From: a virus
Taxonomy: Duplodnaviria > Caudoviricetes
IMG/VR virus record: IMGVR_UViG_3300021197_000621
Span: 1-44,812 of that record
Reading direction: 5' to 3' (one strand)
DNA length: 44,812 bases
Position 1 is the first letter of the stretch. Each line of letters starts with the position of its first letter. The notes beneath the pieces were generated by a model. That model had not been told where the DNA came from. It made no database searches and saw nothing but the letters and a program-made list of their open reading frames with translations. Position numbers and translations under genes: made by a program. This document shows, piece by piece, positions 25,576 through 33,909 of this stretch.

Positions 25576-26112
25576 TTAGAACTTCTTACCGCCCTCTTTA
25601 GCTCTGTTCCCCCGCTTATGATCAGCCCGTTGAGCGTTATACACCAGCTTCTCTCTCATAGCAGACTCGATGTCGTAGCCCTGCATCTCCGCTACTCGAC
25701 ATATCACGTCCACCAGTATACTGTAATACAAATCAACCTCGTCGACAGAGTCATCCAGCACGGTACCCAGTAACGACGTCAGCATGGTGAGCGTGAAGTG
25801 CTTAGTACCAATGGTGGCCTCGCCGAAGTCACGGTTAAACTCTTCGACAGCCGTGTCAGTGTCAATGTGCCCCCAACCATAAGCACCCGCCATGTCGAGC
25901 ACACGGATCAAGGCATCAGCTAGCTCCACCTCACCACCTTTACGATGAGGCAGGTGATCATCCATCAGATCCTTGCGCTCCGCTTCAGTCGCCTCAGCGA
26001 TCTCAGTGCTAACCAGTTGCAACGCTTCTAACTTACAGCGGTCAGGGTTGTCCCACCAGCCGACTGCTTTATTTTGTGCATAGATTTCTTTCGCTAATTC
26101 ATTAAAGTCCAT
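25576..26112 (-). CDS. MazG-like nucleotide pyrophosphohydrolase
   Basis: LVSTEIAEATEAERK..DDHLPHR.G.EVELADALIR.LD and EK..YN..R.DH motifs; AAGGTG RBS before ATG 26112. Confidence 0.85.
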   Translation of the reverse strand: MDFNELAKEIYAQNKAVGWWDNPDRCKLEALQLVSTEIAEATEAERKDLMDDHLPHRKGGEVELADALIRVLDMAGAYGWGHIDTDTAVEEFNRDFGEATIGTKHFTLTMLTSLLGTVLDDSVDEVDLYYSILVDVICRVAEMQGYDIESAMREKLVYNAQRADHKRGNRAKEGGKKF

Positions 26113-26509
26113 TATCATCACCTTTTGGTTTAAAGTAGCCAACGACCACGCCGTTGACTGTTATTGGGAATTCCTTTGTAAAATCTTTCACGTGTCGCAC
26201 TTTATACAGAGGCACTGCATCATCAGGTACAACAGGCCCATCCGTGTAGCGTCTCACAATCTCGGACGAGAAACCATCCGACTTCGCGATGGAGGCACAC
26301 GACTCACCTTCATCACGACGATCCTGCCAGCGCACCACGTCGCTCGCTGTCACCAGCTTACGTTCGAGACTGGTGTTGACACGGATCACATGGGCAGACA
26401 GTCCGTAGTCCTTGCCGATGGCGGCACACGAGTCACCACGCTCACGACGCTTCTGCCACACACCCACCAGCCTCGCACTGTACGACTTCTTAGGCGTCGG
26501 GAACCGCAT
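26102..26509 (-). CDS. Tandem helix-turn-helix protein (putative transcription regulator)
   Basis: Two internal repeats WQKRRERGDSCAAIGKDYGLSAHVIR and WQDRRDEGESCASIAKSDGFSSEIVR. Confidence 0.7.
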   Translation of the reverse strand: MRFPTPKKSYSARLVGVWQKRRERGDSCAAIGKDYGLSAHVIRVNTSLERKLVTASDVVRWQDRRDEGESCASIAKSDGFSSEIVRRYTDGPVVPDDAVPLYKVRHVKDFTKEFPITVNGVVVGYFKPKGDDNGL

Positions 26510-27239
26510 CAGACTTCACCTTGTCAAGAATGGCTTGCAGCTCGTGAGCAGACTGACCATCGTACTTGAATGACCCGTCATCTGGGTCGCATCTCTGGTC
26601 TCGTAATAGGCCGGATAAGTCACTGAGCGCAGCTTCTGCGGCCGGGACTAGCATCCGATACTCATCAGTAAGGAGTTTGACAGACGGATCATGGAACAGC
26701 TTGTCGCGATCCACACTGGAAGGCGTGTCGACCCAATTACATTGGTACATCTTAGAGAACTGATCCACACCCATGCGTGCGAGTACCGCTACATCTACAG
26801 GGTCTATAGGACGTAGATGGCGTGTACGAGCATCAGGTACTCCTATAACCCTGATGCGTGTGTCAACGTAACCAGGACCCATGTTGATGATCGGCGCGTA
26901 AGGCTGTTTAGCTCTGAGGTCGAGTAACTGAGTAACGCTGTCACCCGTCACGATGATGTTCGGCGTATCAATGGTGAACACCGGTTGACCTTTAAGCACA
27001 CCATGCACCTTGCCATAACGGACCACGTGACGCAGCCACTCGCCCAGCTCCCGAGTAGTTGACACCCCAGCTAGGGACGCATCCACGATCAGGGTAGAGG
27101 GTCGCTTTGATAACACACGACCCCGAGTGAAGTCATCCAGTAACTCGACGTGAGTGAGACGTTCATAAGAGCCACCGATTGCGTTCGCCACACGACGAGA
27201 CTCCGCAGTACGCCCATCCCCTAAAATAAACATAATCAT
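26490..27239 (-). CDS. Hypothetical protein with a degenerate P-loop/SF3-helicase-like N-terminal domain
   Basis: FILGDGRTAES, TLIVD and KGQP..I.TPNIIVT resemble Walker A, Walker B and sensor of primase-helicases but lack GK(S/T). Confidence 0.55.
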   Translation of the reverse strand: MIMFILGDGRTAESRRVANAIGGSYERLTHVELLDDFTRGRVLSKRPSTLIVDASLAGVSTTRELGEWLRHVVRYGKVHGVLKGQPVFTIDTPNIIVTGDSVTQLLDLRAKQPYAPIINMGPGYVDTRIRVIGVPDARTRHLRPIDPVDVAVLARMGVDQFSKMYQCNWVDTPSSVDRDKLFHDPSVKLLTDEYRMLVPAAEAALSDLSGLLRDQRCDPDDGSFKYDGQSAHELQAILDKVKSDAVPDA

Positions 27240-27241
27240 AT

Positions 27242-27475
27242 CTATTTCTCCTCTATTACTATTTTAAAATTAGGATGACGCTCGTCAGTCACCAGGTACA
27301 CGGGATGCCCTTCGAAAGTATCTGAGTCACTCGGGTAGAGTCCTTCATTATACATTGCGAAGAGGAACCGCTGATGCACGTAGATGGTCACCTTGAACTG
27401 TTTGAACGGGCGCACATTACTGAAGTTCCTAATGGAATTGAACAGCGCTTTACCCAATGCGGTTGTGTTAGTCAT
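27242..27475 (-). CDS. Hypothetical protein
   Basis: GGAG RBS before ATG (MTNTT...); packed in the leftward cluster. Confidence 0.6.
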   Translation of the reverse strand: MTNTTALGKALFNSIRNFSNVRPFKQFKVTIYVHQRFLFAMYNEGLYPSDSDTFEGHPVYLVTDERHPNFKIVIEEK

Positions 27476-27476
27476 A

Positions 27477-27881
27477 CTAATCTCTCCACTCGCCAGAGGC
27501 GCCAATCACAGGATCAAGGGAATCGATAGTCGCCTCACGCTCTTCTATGATGACACGCAGACGAGCGATCTGCTCCTCCAGCTCGTCACACCGCCTCAAG
27601 CCTGACACCATGTTATCAATCTGTGTGATGATACCGGCAGCACTATCACACAGCGCAAAGTTTGGTGACTCGGTGCTGTAGTGGACACGGTGTAACACAG
27701 TCGCAAGGTCACGCGCTTCAGTGTAAGCAGCATCGTAAGCAGGCACACGCCAGCCCACGCTGACCGCTTCCTCAAGGATACCCTCGTTATACACGAACAC
27801 CTCACCGTGTAGAACGGCATACTCAGCCTCACCAGGTAGGACCGCTGTGCCACTTGATTTGTAATAGAATTCAATCTCCAT
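27477..27881 (-). CDS. Hypothetical protein (C-terminal coiled coil)
   Basis: 134-aa ORF overlapping the upstream stop; GGAG RBS. Confidence 0.7.
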   Translation of the reverse strand: MEIEFYYKSSGTAVLPGEAEYAVLHGEVFVYNEGILEEAVSVGWRVPAYDAAYTEARDLATVLHRVHYSTESPNFALCDSAAGIITQIDNMVSGLRRCDELEEQIARLRVIIEEREATIDSLDPVIGASGEWRD

Positions 27882-28473
27882 CGTCGCTCTCCGTCATATC
27901 ATAAAATTCGCCATAGGTGATCTGTGTCAGGCAATCAGGGATCTCAATCTCCCCGTGCCGCTCACTCTTGTCATTAGGTATAGCCACCACAATCACACCA
28001 GCAGCGTGACCGCCGTATGTCTGAAGCATCGAAGTCCCGAACCCACGAGGACTAGGACCACCGAGGCCCGTGCGCATGACACCCAGTTTCTGAATCAACC
28101 ACTGCGTGTACTTCGGGAGCGTCTTTAGCTTCTTGTTGCACTCGTCGATGGGTACGTTGAAAGCGTTACCCACCTTACTGTTCCGCTTACCACGAACACA
28201 TGCGACCTTCTGCTTCTCGTGCCACTGAGTGTCGACCGTTTTGATGTGCTTCATGCCGACGATCTCGTGATCAATCGGATACACTAGGTCACCGATGTAG
28301 TCACCAGCCCCCAACGAGCTGAAGAAACGCCACGCGATGCAGCCAGTGTCAGCAGCCAACTGCTTTAACAGGGCATCACGCTCGTCAGCAACTGTGCGGT
28401 TGTACTCTTCGCTAAGCTGCTGACGTGTCTCCGCGTCAGTCATGTAATAGTCATAATACTTTTCGTTACCCAT
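27871..28473 (-). CDS. Hypothetical phage early protein
   Basis: 200-aa ORF with AGGAG RBS. Confidence 0.75.
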   Translation of the reverse strand: MGNEKYYDYYMTDAETRQQLSEEYNRTVADERDALLKQLAADTGCIAWRFFSSLGAGDYIGDLVYPIDHEIVGMKHIKTVDTQWHEKQKVACVRGKRNSKVGNAFNVPIDECNKKLKTLPKYTQWLIQKLGVMRTGLGGPSPRGFGTSMLQTYGGHAAGVIVVAIPNDKSERHGEIEIPDCLTQITYGEFYDMTESDDGD

Positions 28474-28475
28474 GG

Positions 28476-28613
28476 TTAACTCCTAATCATTGCAGTTATA
28501 AACACAGTAGCCACTGCCATCATAGTGACAAAGTCCACTGATCGATTGTCGTATTTCTTAGATCGAAAGAAGAGGGAGATCACTGCGACCCACGCCGCTG
28601 TCTCCTGTATCAC
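28476..28613 (-). CDS. Small hydrophobic (membrane) protein, start uncertain
   Basis: GTGA overlap with the upstream stop; two hydrophobic segments; fills the gap exactly. Confidence 0.4.
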   Translation of the reverse strand: MIQETAAWVAVISLFFRSKKYDNRSVDFVTMMAVATVFITAMIRS

Positions 28614-28921
28614 TTCCACAGCCAGTGCCATGCGGACTCGATCCAGCCACGCATGTACACAACCTCGATAGGCACGTTGCACTCCAGCTGGTGACTCTGC
28701 CACCGGTAGTCAAACCTGACCACCAGTTTGTTATCGGGCTCTGATACGAAGGCACCGATCAGCTTCCAATTGGTGCAGTCACCATAGTCCAGAGGATTAC
28801 TGATGCCATCGAGGTACATGTCAACCAAACTGATGAAGCCTTTACGAGTGTACTTCTGGTCAATGTGCGGGAATAGGATGCCACCGCCTGCGTCACCCGT
28901 CACCGTGATTAAAGCCTTCAT
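28610..28921 (-). CDS. Hypothetical protein
   Basis: 103 aa; ATGA overlap with the upstream gene and GAGGAG RBS. Confidence 0.7.
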   Translation of the reverse strand: MKALITVTGDAGGGILFPHIDQKYTRKGFISLVDMYLDGISNPLDYGDCTNWKLIGAFVSEPDNKLVVRFDYRWQSHQLECNVPIEVVYMRGWIESAWHWLWK

Positions 28922-29496
28922 AGACCTAACTCCTCTATCAAGCCTTTTAAGTAAGGGAGGTTCGACTCTTTAGCCTTCAGTTTTGTGAGGTCGGACTTAA
29001 TCTCCTTCATCATACGAAACTCATCTACCGACATACTCAAGAAACCAACCTTAGCCACCAAGATGGTGGACTCGATATCCACCCCATCTCGCGACTCACA
29101 AACTGGTGCTGTCGAGACTCTATACGCCACGAGCCTACCTGAGCGAGTAACCCCCACCTCATCTCTGATATTGCCATCGGTAAAAGCCCCATCAGAATAG
29201 AACAACCTACCCACAACGTTAGGGAGAGGGTCACCATGAAAGTAGTAAGTAGCGCCCGCGTTCAGTGCGTCTACTAGAGGGATGCCGATGACGTCACCTA
29301 GCGCGACAAGCTTCAAGTACTTGCCGCTGTCACTTGTGTAAGCAGAGCCGACATCTGATACACAAAGGCAACGGTGACCTGACTCCTTCAGAGTATCCAC
29401 CGACTGATTAAGGAATAAATCCGTGGTGCATTGGATCGCTCGCAATACACTCTCGGTCAAGCTGCCCTCAAGATTTACATAAGTACCGTTTAACAC
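28918..29496 (-). CDS. Hypothetical protein, first gene downstream of the leftward promoter at 29557
   Basis: 192 aa; AGGAG RBS. Confidence 0.7.
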   Translation of the reverse strand: MLNGTYVNLEGSLTESVLRAIQCTTDLFLNQSVDTLKESGHRCLCVSDVGSAYTSDSGKYLKLVALGDVIGIPLVDALNAGATYYFHGDPLPNVVGRLFYSDGAFTDGNIRDEVGVTRSGRLVAYRVSTAPVCESRDGVDIESTILVAKVGFLSMSVDEFRMMKEIKSDLTKLKAKESNLPYLKGLIEELGL

Positions 29497-29527
29497 GTTC
29501 CGTCTCCTAATTAATTACTGTAAACGC

Positions 29528-29557
29528 AGTATAGTGCCACATTGTTCCACAAGTCAA
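29528..29557 (-). promoter_or_regulatory. Sigma70-type promoter with an 18-bp operator-like motif as its spacer
   Basis: TTGACT-TGTGGAACAATGTGGCAC-TATACT. Confidence 0.8.
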
Positions 29558-29568
29558 GTGTTAAACAC

Positions 29569-29593
29569 AAAAAAGCCGACAAAGATGTCGGCT
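29569..29593 (-). terminator. Rho-independent terminator
   Basis: AGCCGACA-TCTT-TGTCGGCT followed by TTTTT. Confidence 0.85.
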
Positions 29594-29612
29594 CGATTGT
29601 TACCTTGCTAAT

Positions 29613-29747
29613 TTAGAACTCCAGCATGGTGGTGCGCAGTAGCTCGTTGACGTCCTCCGCGTACCATTTGAAGCTGTGATCCCCCCACCGTTCAGGCGTT
29701 CGCAGACGCCATTGTTCATAGGAGCCAAACCAGTTCTTAACCCACAT
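29613..29747 (-). CDS. Small Trp-rich hypothetical protein (44 aa, below the ORF-track cutoff)
   Basis: [44 protein letters not shown]; GGAG RBS; overlaps the upstream stop and ends before the terminator. Confidence 0.5.
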   Translation of the reverse strand: MWVKNWFGSYEQWRLRTPERWGDHSFKWYAEDVNELLRTTMLEF

Positions 29748-29982
29748 CTTTCTGCTCCAGTGTAATCTCGATACCCTCTACCAGCACAGGCATCTCCAGG
29801 TTGGTTTCTTCAACCGTCTCTTTGCAGAACTGGTACTTAGCCAAGAAATGAGTCGCTACGCCATCAGGGTTTTGCCTGATGAACTCCAGCTCAGCAAGCC
29901 CACTAGCAGCGACCAGCCCGTCCCACTCCGCTTTGATCCTGACGAACGTCTCATCGACCGTCTTTTGTGTTAATCGTTCCAT
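29737..29982 (-). CDS. Hypothetical protein
   Basis: 81 aa; GGTGAG RBS; overlaps the SEC-C gene. Confidence 0.65.
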   Translation of the reverse strand: MERLTQKTVDETFVRIKAEWDGLVAASGLAELEFIRQNPDGVATHFLAKYQFCKETVEETNLEMPVLVEGIEITLEQKDVG

Positions 29983-30221
29983 AATCTCACCGCCTTACTA
30001 ATACAACACTTCTTGTACTTCAAACCTGAATCACACGGACATGGGTCATTACGACCGAGTTTCTCAACACGACGCACCAAGGTCGCGCCGCGCTCTTTGG
30101 CAACGCCCATACGAGCTTCCATATGCTCGTGCATGACCCGCTGTTGCTCTTCGAAAGCCGCTTCATAAAACTCACGATTGATCTCGCCATCGTGTTCTCT
30201 AAATTCTTGCATATCCGTCAC
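29970..30221 (-). CDS. SEC-C (SecA C-terminal metal-binding) motif protein
   Basis: [20 protein letters not shown]; GAG(G) RBS upstream. Confidence 0.85.
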   Translation of the reverse strand: MTDMQEFREHDGEINREFYEAAFEEQQRVMHEHMEARMGVAKERGATLVRRVEKLGRNDPCPCDSGLKYKKCCISKAVRLWND

Positions 30222-30240
30222 CTCTATTGATTAAGTATTA

Positions 30241-30269
30241 AGTGTTACACAAAGTACCACAGGTATCAA
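30241..30269 (-). promoter_or_regulatory. Putative promoter with operator motif upstream of the SEC-C gene
   Basis: TTGATA-17 nt-AACACT enclosing TGTGGTACTTTGTGTAAC. Confidence 0.55.
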
Positions 30270-32878
30270 GTAACATCGCTAAACATTGACAGTGTGTGGT
30301 TACCTTTAGCCTCACGCACCTGTCGCTCGTACTCATGGTACAGCTCAGTTGATGTTAGATGTGCATACTTCTCCTCGCTACGCAGCACCCATAGACGGGC
30401 GTGACCACTGCGGACTTGAGGGTAATGACCTAACTCCTTCATGACCATGCCCACACGTCGGTCGGTGAAGTATTTAGGATCAGTCATCATGTCAGCAGGC
30501 ATCAGCGCACCAGCACGCAGTGTGTCAGCCATGTCACCTGATGTGAGGATATCGCAAGCAAAGGCACCGTGTTGTTTCTCGATGAAACGCTCGATAGTCT
30601 GCTGTATCGGTGACGCGCTCGACTCTTTAATCTCACGCAAGAACTCAGTCATAGGAGGCGCAGCATCGGGGTTGAAGTCGGACAGGTCAATTCTCATCAA
30701 GTGATCGACGACGGCCTCCCATCCTCCATTCTTCATCCAAGTCCAGCGGTCCTGCCAGTAGTCAAGCCACTCACGCTTCATGTTGTCATTTTTGTCACGA
30801 GGGTTGAGGTCAGACCATATCGCATAGAAACGACGACTAGGGCCGTTCAGCCGCAGAGGCATCACGCTGTTGGTTGTCATGGTGGAGTTCACCACGTTAC
30901 GTATCTTGATGGCCTTGATCCCTTTCTGGTTGACACGCAGGGTCTCAGGAGGAGCGGCAGCCAGCGGCTTCAGCTTGTTACTAACGGCCAACGCCTCACG
31001 ACGGTCACCCAGCTCAGCCTCATTGATGTGTAAATATTTTGTGGATAACAGGAAGTCATTGAAGCCTGACAGCAGGTCCTCACCACTGATCGTCTCGGTG
31101 TTCTCACCCATCGCATTGATCAGCGGGTACAATAGGAAGTCTTTACCGCAACCCTCGCCACTACCTAACAGTAGCATGTGGTTTATCTTGCGGTCAGGAT
31201 GTCTCAGCGTGAAGGCCATCCACTGCTCAATGTGTTTACGGTGCTCACTCCAGCCTAATGCGTCAAAGTGGTTCACCCATCGACTAGGATCACCCGCGAC
31301 ACCTTTCGACTGAGTAGACTCACACCACGTGTTCGCATAGCGACAGCCTTTCTCGACGAATACGCGAGGTTTCATAGGGGCATAGTCGAGTCGATCCACC
31401 TTCTTGACACGGCCATCTTGCAGGGCAATCTTGCGCGCCTCAGCGTCTTCATGAGCGAAACTGTTCTGGAAGGCCTCAGTGCTGAAGAAGATGCGAGAGT
31501 CCCAGTCGTAAAATTGGTTTAACTCCTTAACAAACACCACGTTATCATAGAAGGTTGACGCGCTGATCTTGTCACCATACCAAGTCTTGCGCAGGTCAGC
31601 GATGATGTCCTTAAAGTCGGCCTTACTCCAGCGCATGATGTCGATGACAACCTCATGCCAGTGCTTCTGTTCCATCTTAGGGAGATCATCGGTGATCTTC
31701 AGTACCTTGGACGCCATCTCACGCTGCTCACTAGTACCTGGTAGCTGTCGACGAAGATTGTCACAGAACAACCGCAACGCATCAGGGTCAACCTGCTCAA
31801 CCACTGCGGGTGCAACAGGCACAGGGTCGAGGAAGCTCACAAGCGCGACGGGGACAGGGGTCTCAAGTTCTTGGATGGCCTGAGCCGTAACCGGTGCGGG
31901 GATGGGGTCCATGAATGAGGGTGCAGAGAAAGCACTCAGCTCACGCATCACCTGCCAGTTTTTCAGCTTAGTGCTAAACGTAGGCTGCTTATTGTCGATA
32001 AAACGAAGTAGGTCAGCCCCAGTGCGATGCTGGCACGCACCGTGATGGCACTTAAACCCGATTGAGTTGTCAGCATTCGTAAATACTGCCGACCCACTAT
32101 CGTCAGCACCAGTATGCTCATCAACCCACGGGCAAGTAATATCAAAACGTCCATCACTGCGGACCTCCTTGATTTGAATGATGTCGGGGATGTTGATCAG
32201 CGGGTGATCCGAGACGTCAGCAGCCCCATCGACACGGGACTCTCGACGAGCCGCATCGAGGTCGACATCGAAAGGCTGCGCTAGTTGTTCGAGGGTGACC
32301 CTGTTGAAGGGTTGCCAGTGTGTGATGTGACATTTAAAAGGTTGGCCGTTCACCAGCTTACTGGCCTTGTTGTTGATGCCCTCAGGCAGACGCACATAAC
32401 GGGTCACACCTTTCATACCAGGATCGCGACCCTCAGGCGCTAATCCATTAGCCACCAGCCCGTCGAGCAAGTTCTCAACACGACCACGGTCTGTACAGGG
32501 AGTGTCTAATATATAACCCCACTGCTCTGATCCAGCTGATGACTCCAGTATCCACGACGGCTGGGGCAGCTTACTCACCTCAACCATGGACAGCTTCTCT
32601 TTTACGTCGTCCAGTACGATCACAGGCGTATGCCTGAATAGGGCCTTACGACGACGCGCTTGCTGCTCATCATCACAGTAGAAGTTGCTAATGGTGAAAT
32701 ACTGATTAGTATTAGGTCGCATGTGATAGCGAGAGAAATAATCCCCCTTCCACGCGATCAAGTGCTGGTCTTTGGGTATGTTACCAGGATCATGAGGGAA
32801 GTCTGTGACGTGACACCACGGCGCATCTTCACCGAAAAGAGCGTCAATGAATTCTTTATTACTAATGTTTAGTGACAT
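30266..32878 (-). CDS. Primase-helicase: N-terminal AEP/RepB'-like primase, Zn-binding domain and C-terminal DUF5906/SF3-like NTPase
   Basis: VIVLDDV, P.PSWILESS.GS.QWGY, RYVRLP.G.N.K; CPW..EH..F.CHH..C; Walker A GEGCGKD, Walker B LHINE, TTN, RRF. Confidence 0.88.
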   Translation of the reverse strand: MSLNISNKEFIDALFGEDAPWCHVTDFPHDPGNIPKDQHLIAWKGDYFSRYHMRPNTNQYFTISNFYCDDEQQARRRKALFRHTPVIVLDDVKEKLSMVEVSKLPQPSWILESSAGSEQWGYILDTPCTDRGRVENLLDGLVANGLAPEGRDPGMKGVTRYVRLPEGINNKASKLVNGQPFKCHITHWQPFNRVTLEQLAQPFDVDLDAARRESRVDGAADVSDHPLINIPDIIQIKEVRSDGRFDITCPWVDEHTGADDSGSAVFTNADNSIGFKCHHGACQHRTGADLLRFIDNKQPTFSTKLKNWQVMRELSAFSAPSFMDPIPAPVTAQAIQELETPVPVALVSFLDPVPVAPAVVEQVDPDALRLFCDNLRRQLPGTSEQREMASKVLKITDDLPKMEQKHWHEVVIDIMRWSKADFKDIIADLRKTWYGDKISASTFYDNVVFVKELNQFYDWDSRIFFSTEAFQNSFAHEDAEARKIALQDGRVKKVDRLDYAPMKPRVFVEKGCRYANTWCESTQSKGVAGDPSRWVNHFDALGWSEHRKHIEQWMAFTLRHPDRKINHMLLLGSGEGCGKDFLLYPLINAMGENTETISGEDLLSGFNDFLLSTKYLHINEAELGDRREALAVSNKLKPLAAAPPETLRVNQKGIKAIKIRNVVNSTMTTNSVMPLRLNGPSRRFYAIWSDLNPRDKNDNMKREWLDYWQDRWTWMKNGGWEAVVDHLMRIDLSDFNPDAAPPMTEFLREIKESSASPIQQTIERFIEKQHGAFACDILTSGDMADTLRAGALMPADMMTDPKYFTDRRVGMVMKELGHYPQVRSGHARLWVLRSEEKYAHLTSTELYHEYERQVREAKGNHTLSMFSDVT

Positions 32879-33005
32879 GGATACTGACCTTCATAATGTT
32901 TCTGACCTTAATGACTGCGGCAACCCGGTCAGAGTGAGCTGTCTCTCGGATGATCGGTCTGAGATAAGCCGCGTTTAAATTTAAGCATTGTTGCTGTGTG
33001 AAATC

Positions 33006-33034
33006 AATTTATATAATATGACCCACATTGTCAA
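33006..33034 (-). promoter_or_regulatory. Leftward sigma70 promoter for the primase
   Basis: TTGACA-17 nt-TAAATT. Confidence 0.7.
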
Positions 33035-33043
33035 ACAAAAGTG

Positions 33044-33073
33044 TTGACTTGTACGAAATTGTCACACTATAAT
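33044..33073 (+). promoter_or_regulatory. Rightward sigma70 promoter for the replication operon (divergent pair)
   Basis: TTGACT-18 nt-TATAAT, then GAGG RBS and ATG 33099. Confidence 0.8.
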
Positions 33074-33098
33074 TGCACCACCTAAACGAGGAACCCCT

Positions 33099-33320
33099 AT
33101 GGCTACCAACGACGATAAAACAACGTTAGACGGTGACTTGCGAATGCGCATGTCACAGGATGACCTTGAAAAATTCCAAAAGAAGTCGGAGCGTGTAACA
33201 GGTAAACCCTACCAGTTAATGCTTCGTGAAATGATTACCGCTTTTAACGATGGGCGTCTGCGCATCATCCCAACTGAAGAACAGAAATCTCAATTAGGAG
33301 AACTATACGATGTCAAATGA
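33099..33320 (+). CDS. Ribbon-helix-helix (Arc/CopG-like) transcription regulator
   Basis: 73 aa; alternating strand DLRMRM followed by two helices; first gene after the divergent promoters. Confidence 0.65.
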   Translation: MATNDDKTTLDGDLRMRMSQDDLEKFQKKSERVTGKPYQLMLREMITAFNDGRLRIIPTEEQKSQLGELYDVK

Positions 33321-33909
33321 TCTAATCCTACAACTAGGCTCAGTGATGCTATCTCACTCAAAAACGGAAGTCCGTGGTGCGGAGCTGTTGATCGACCTAG
33401 CTAACCGGTTGCAGCCTGAGTTAAAAACCGACTCCGTAGATAAGCCAGCAGCTAAGCTAGCTCCTAAACCAGCAGATCCTAAACCAGCAGCTCCTAAACC
33501 AGCAGCTCCTAAACCATCACCTGCCGCTCCCGTCAAAGCACCTTTAGTCATGACAGCCGCTGCCGCTGGTGTGTCATATGAGGCCTACATGGCGACGGAG
33601 GGGTGGACTGACGAGCTGTTGATCTCACAAGGTCTAGCAACCCGCGCTGAAGTACCTGCGGCTCCGGCAGCTCCAGCAGCGCCAGCAGCGCCAGCAGCTC
33701 CAGCAGCTCCAGCATCTCCAGCAGCTCCAGCAACAGGCGGCTTGACTCCTGAAGAACTGAACGCGGCTTTAGTTGTGGAGTTTGGTCGACTGGGGTCCCG
33801 CGAGGGTATTGACAAGGCGATGGCCGACATGGGTGTGTCATCAGTAGCGTCACTCAGTTCTGAACAAGGTCAGCAGCTACTGGCCACAGTACAAGCGATC
33901 TCTGCGTAA
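33310..33909 (+). CDS. Pro/Ala-linker protein typical of the gene upstream of DUF2800 in APSE-like replication modules
   Basis: PKPAA and PAA repeats, a ~34-aa module shared with the SSB, helical C-terminus ..G..SV..L..EQ...LL. Confidence 0.75.
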   Translation: MSNDLILQLGSVMLSHSKTEVRGAELLIDLANRLQPELKTDSVDKPAAKLAPKPADPKPAAPKPAAPKPSPAAPVKAPLVMTAAAAGVSYEAYMATEGWTDELLISQGLATRAEVPAAPAAPAAPAAPAAPAAPASPAAPATGGLTPEELNAALVVEFGRLGSREGIDKAMADMGVSSVASLSSEQGQQLLATVQAISA

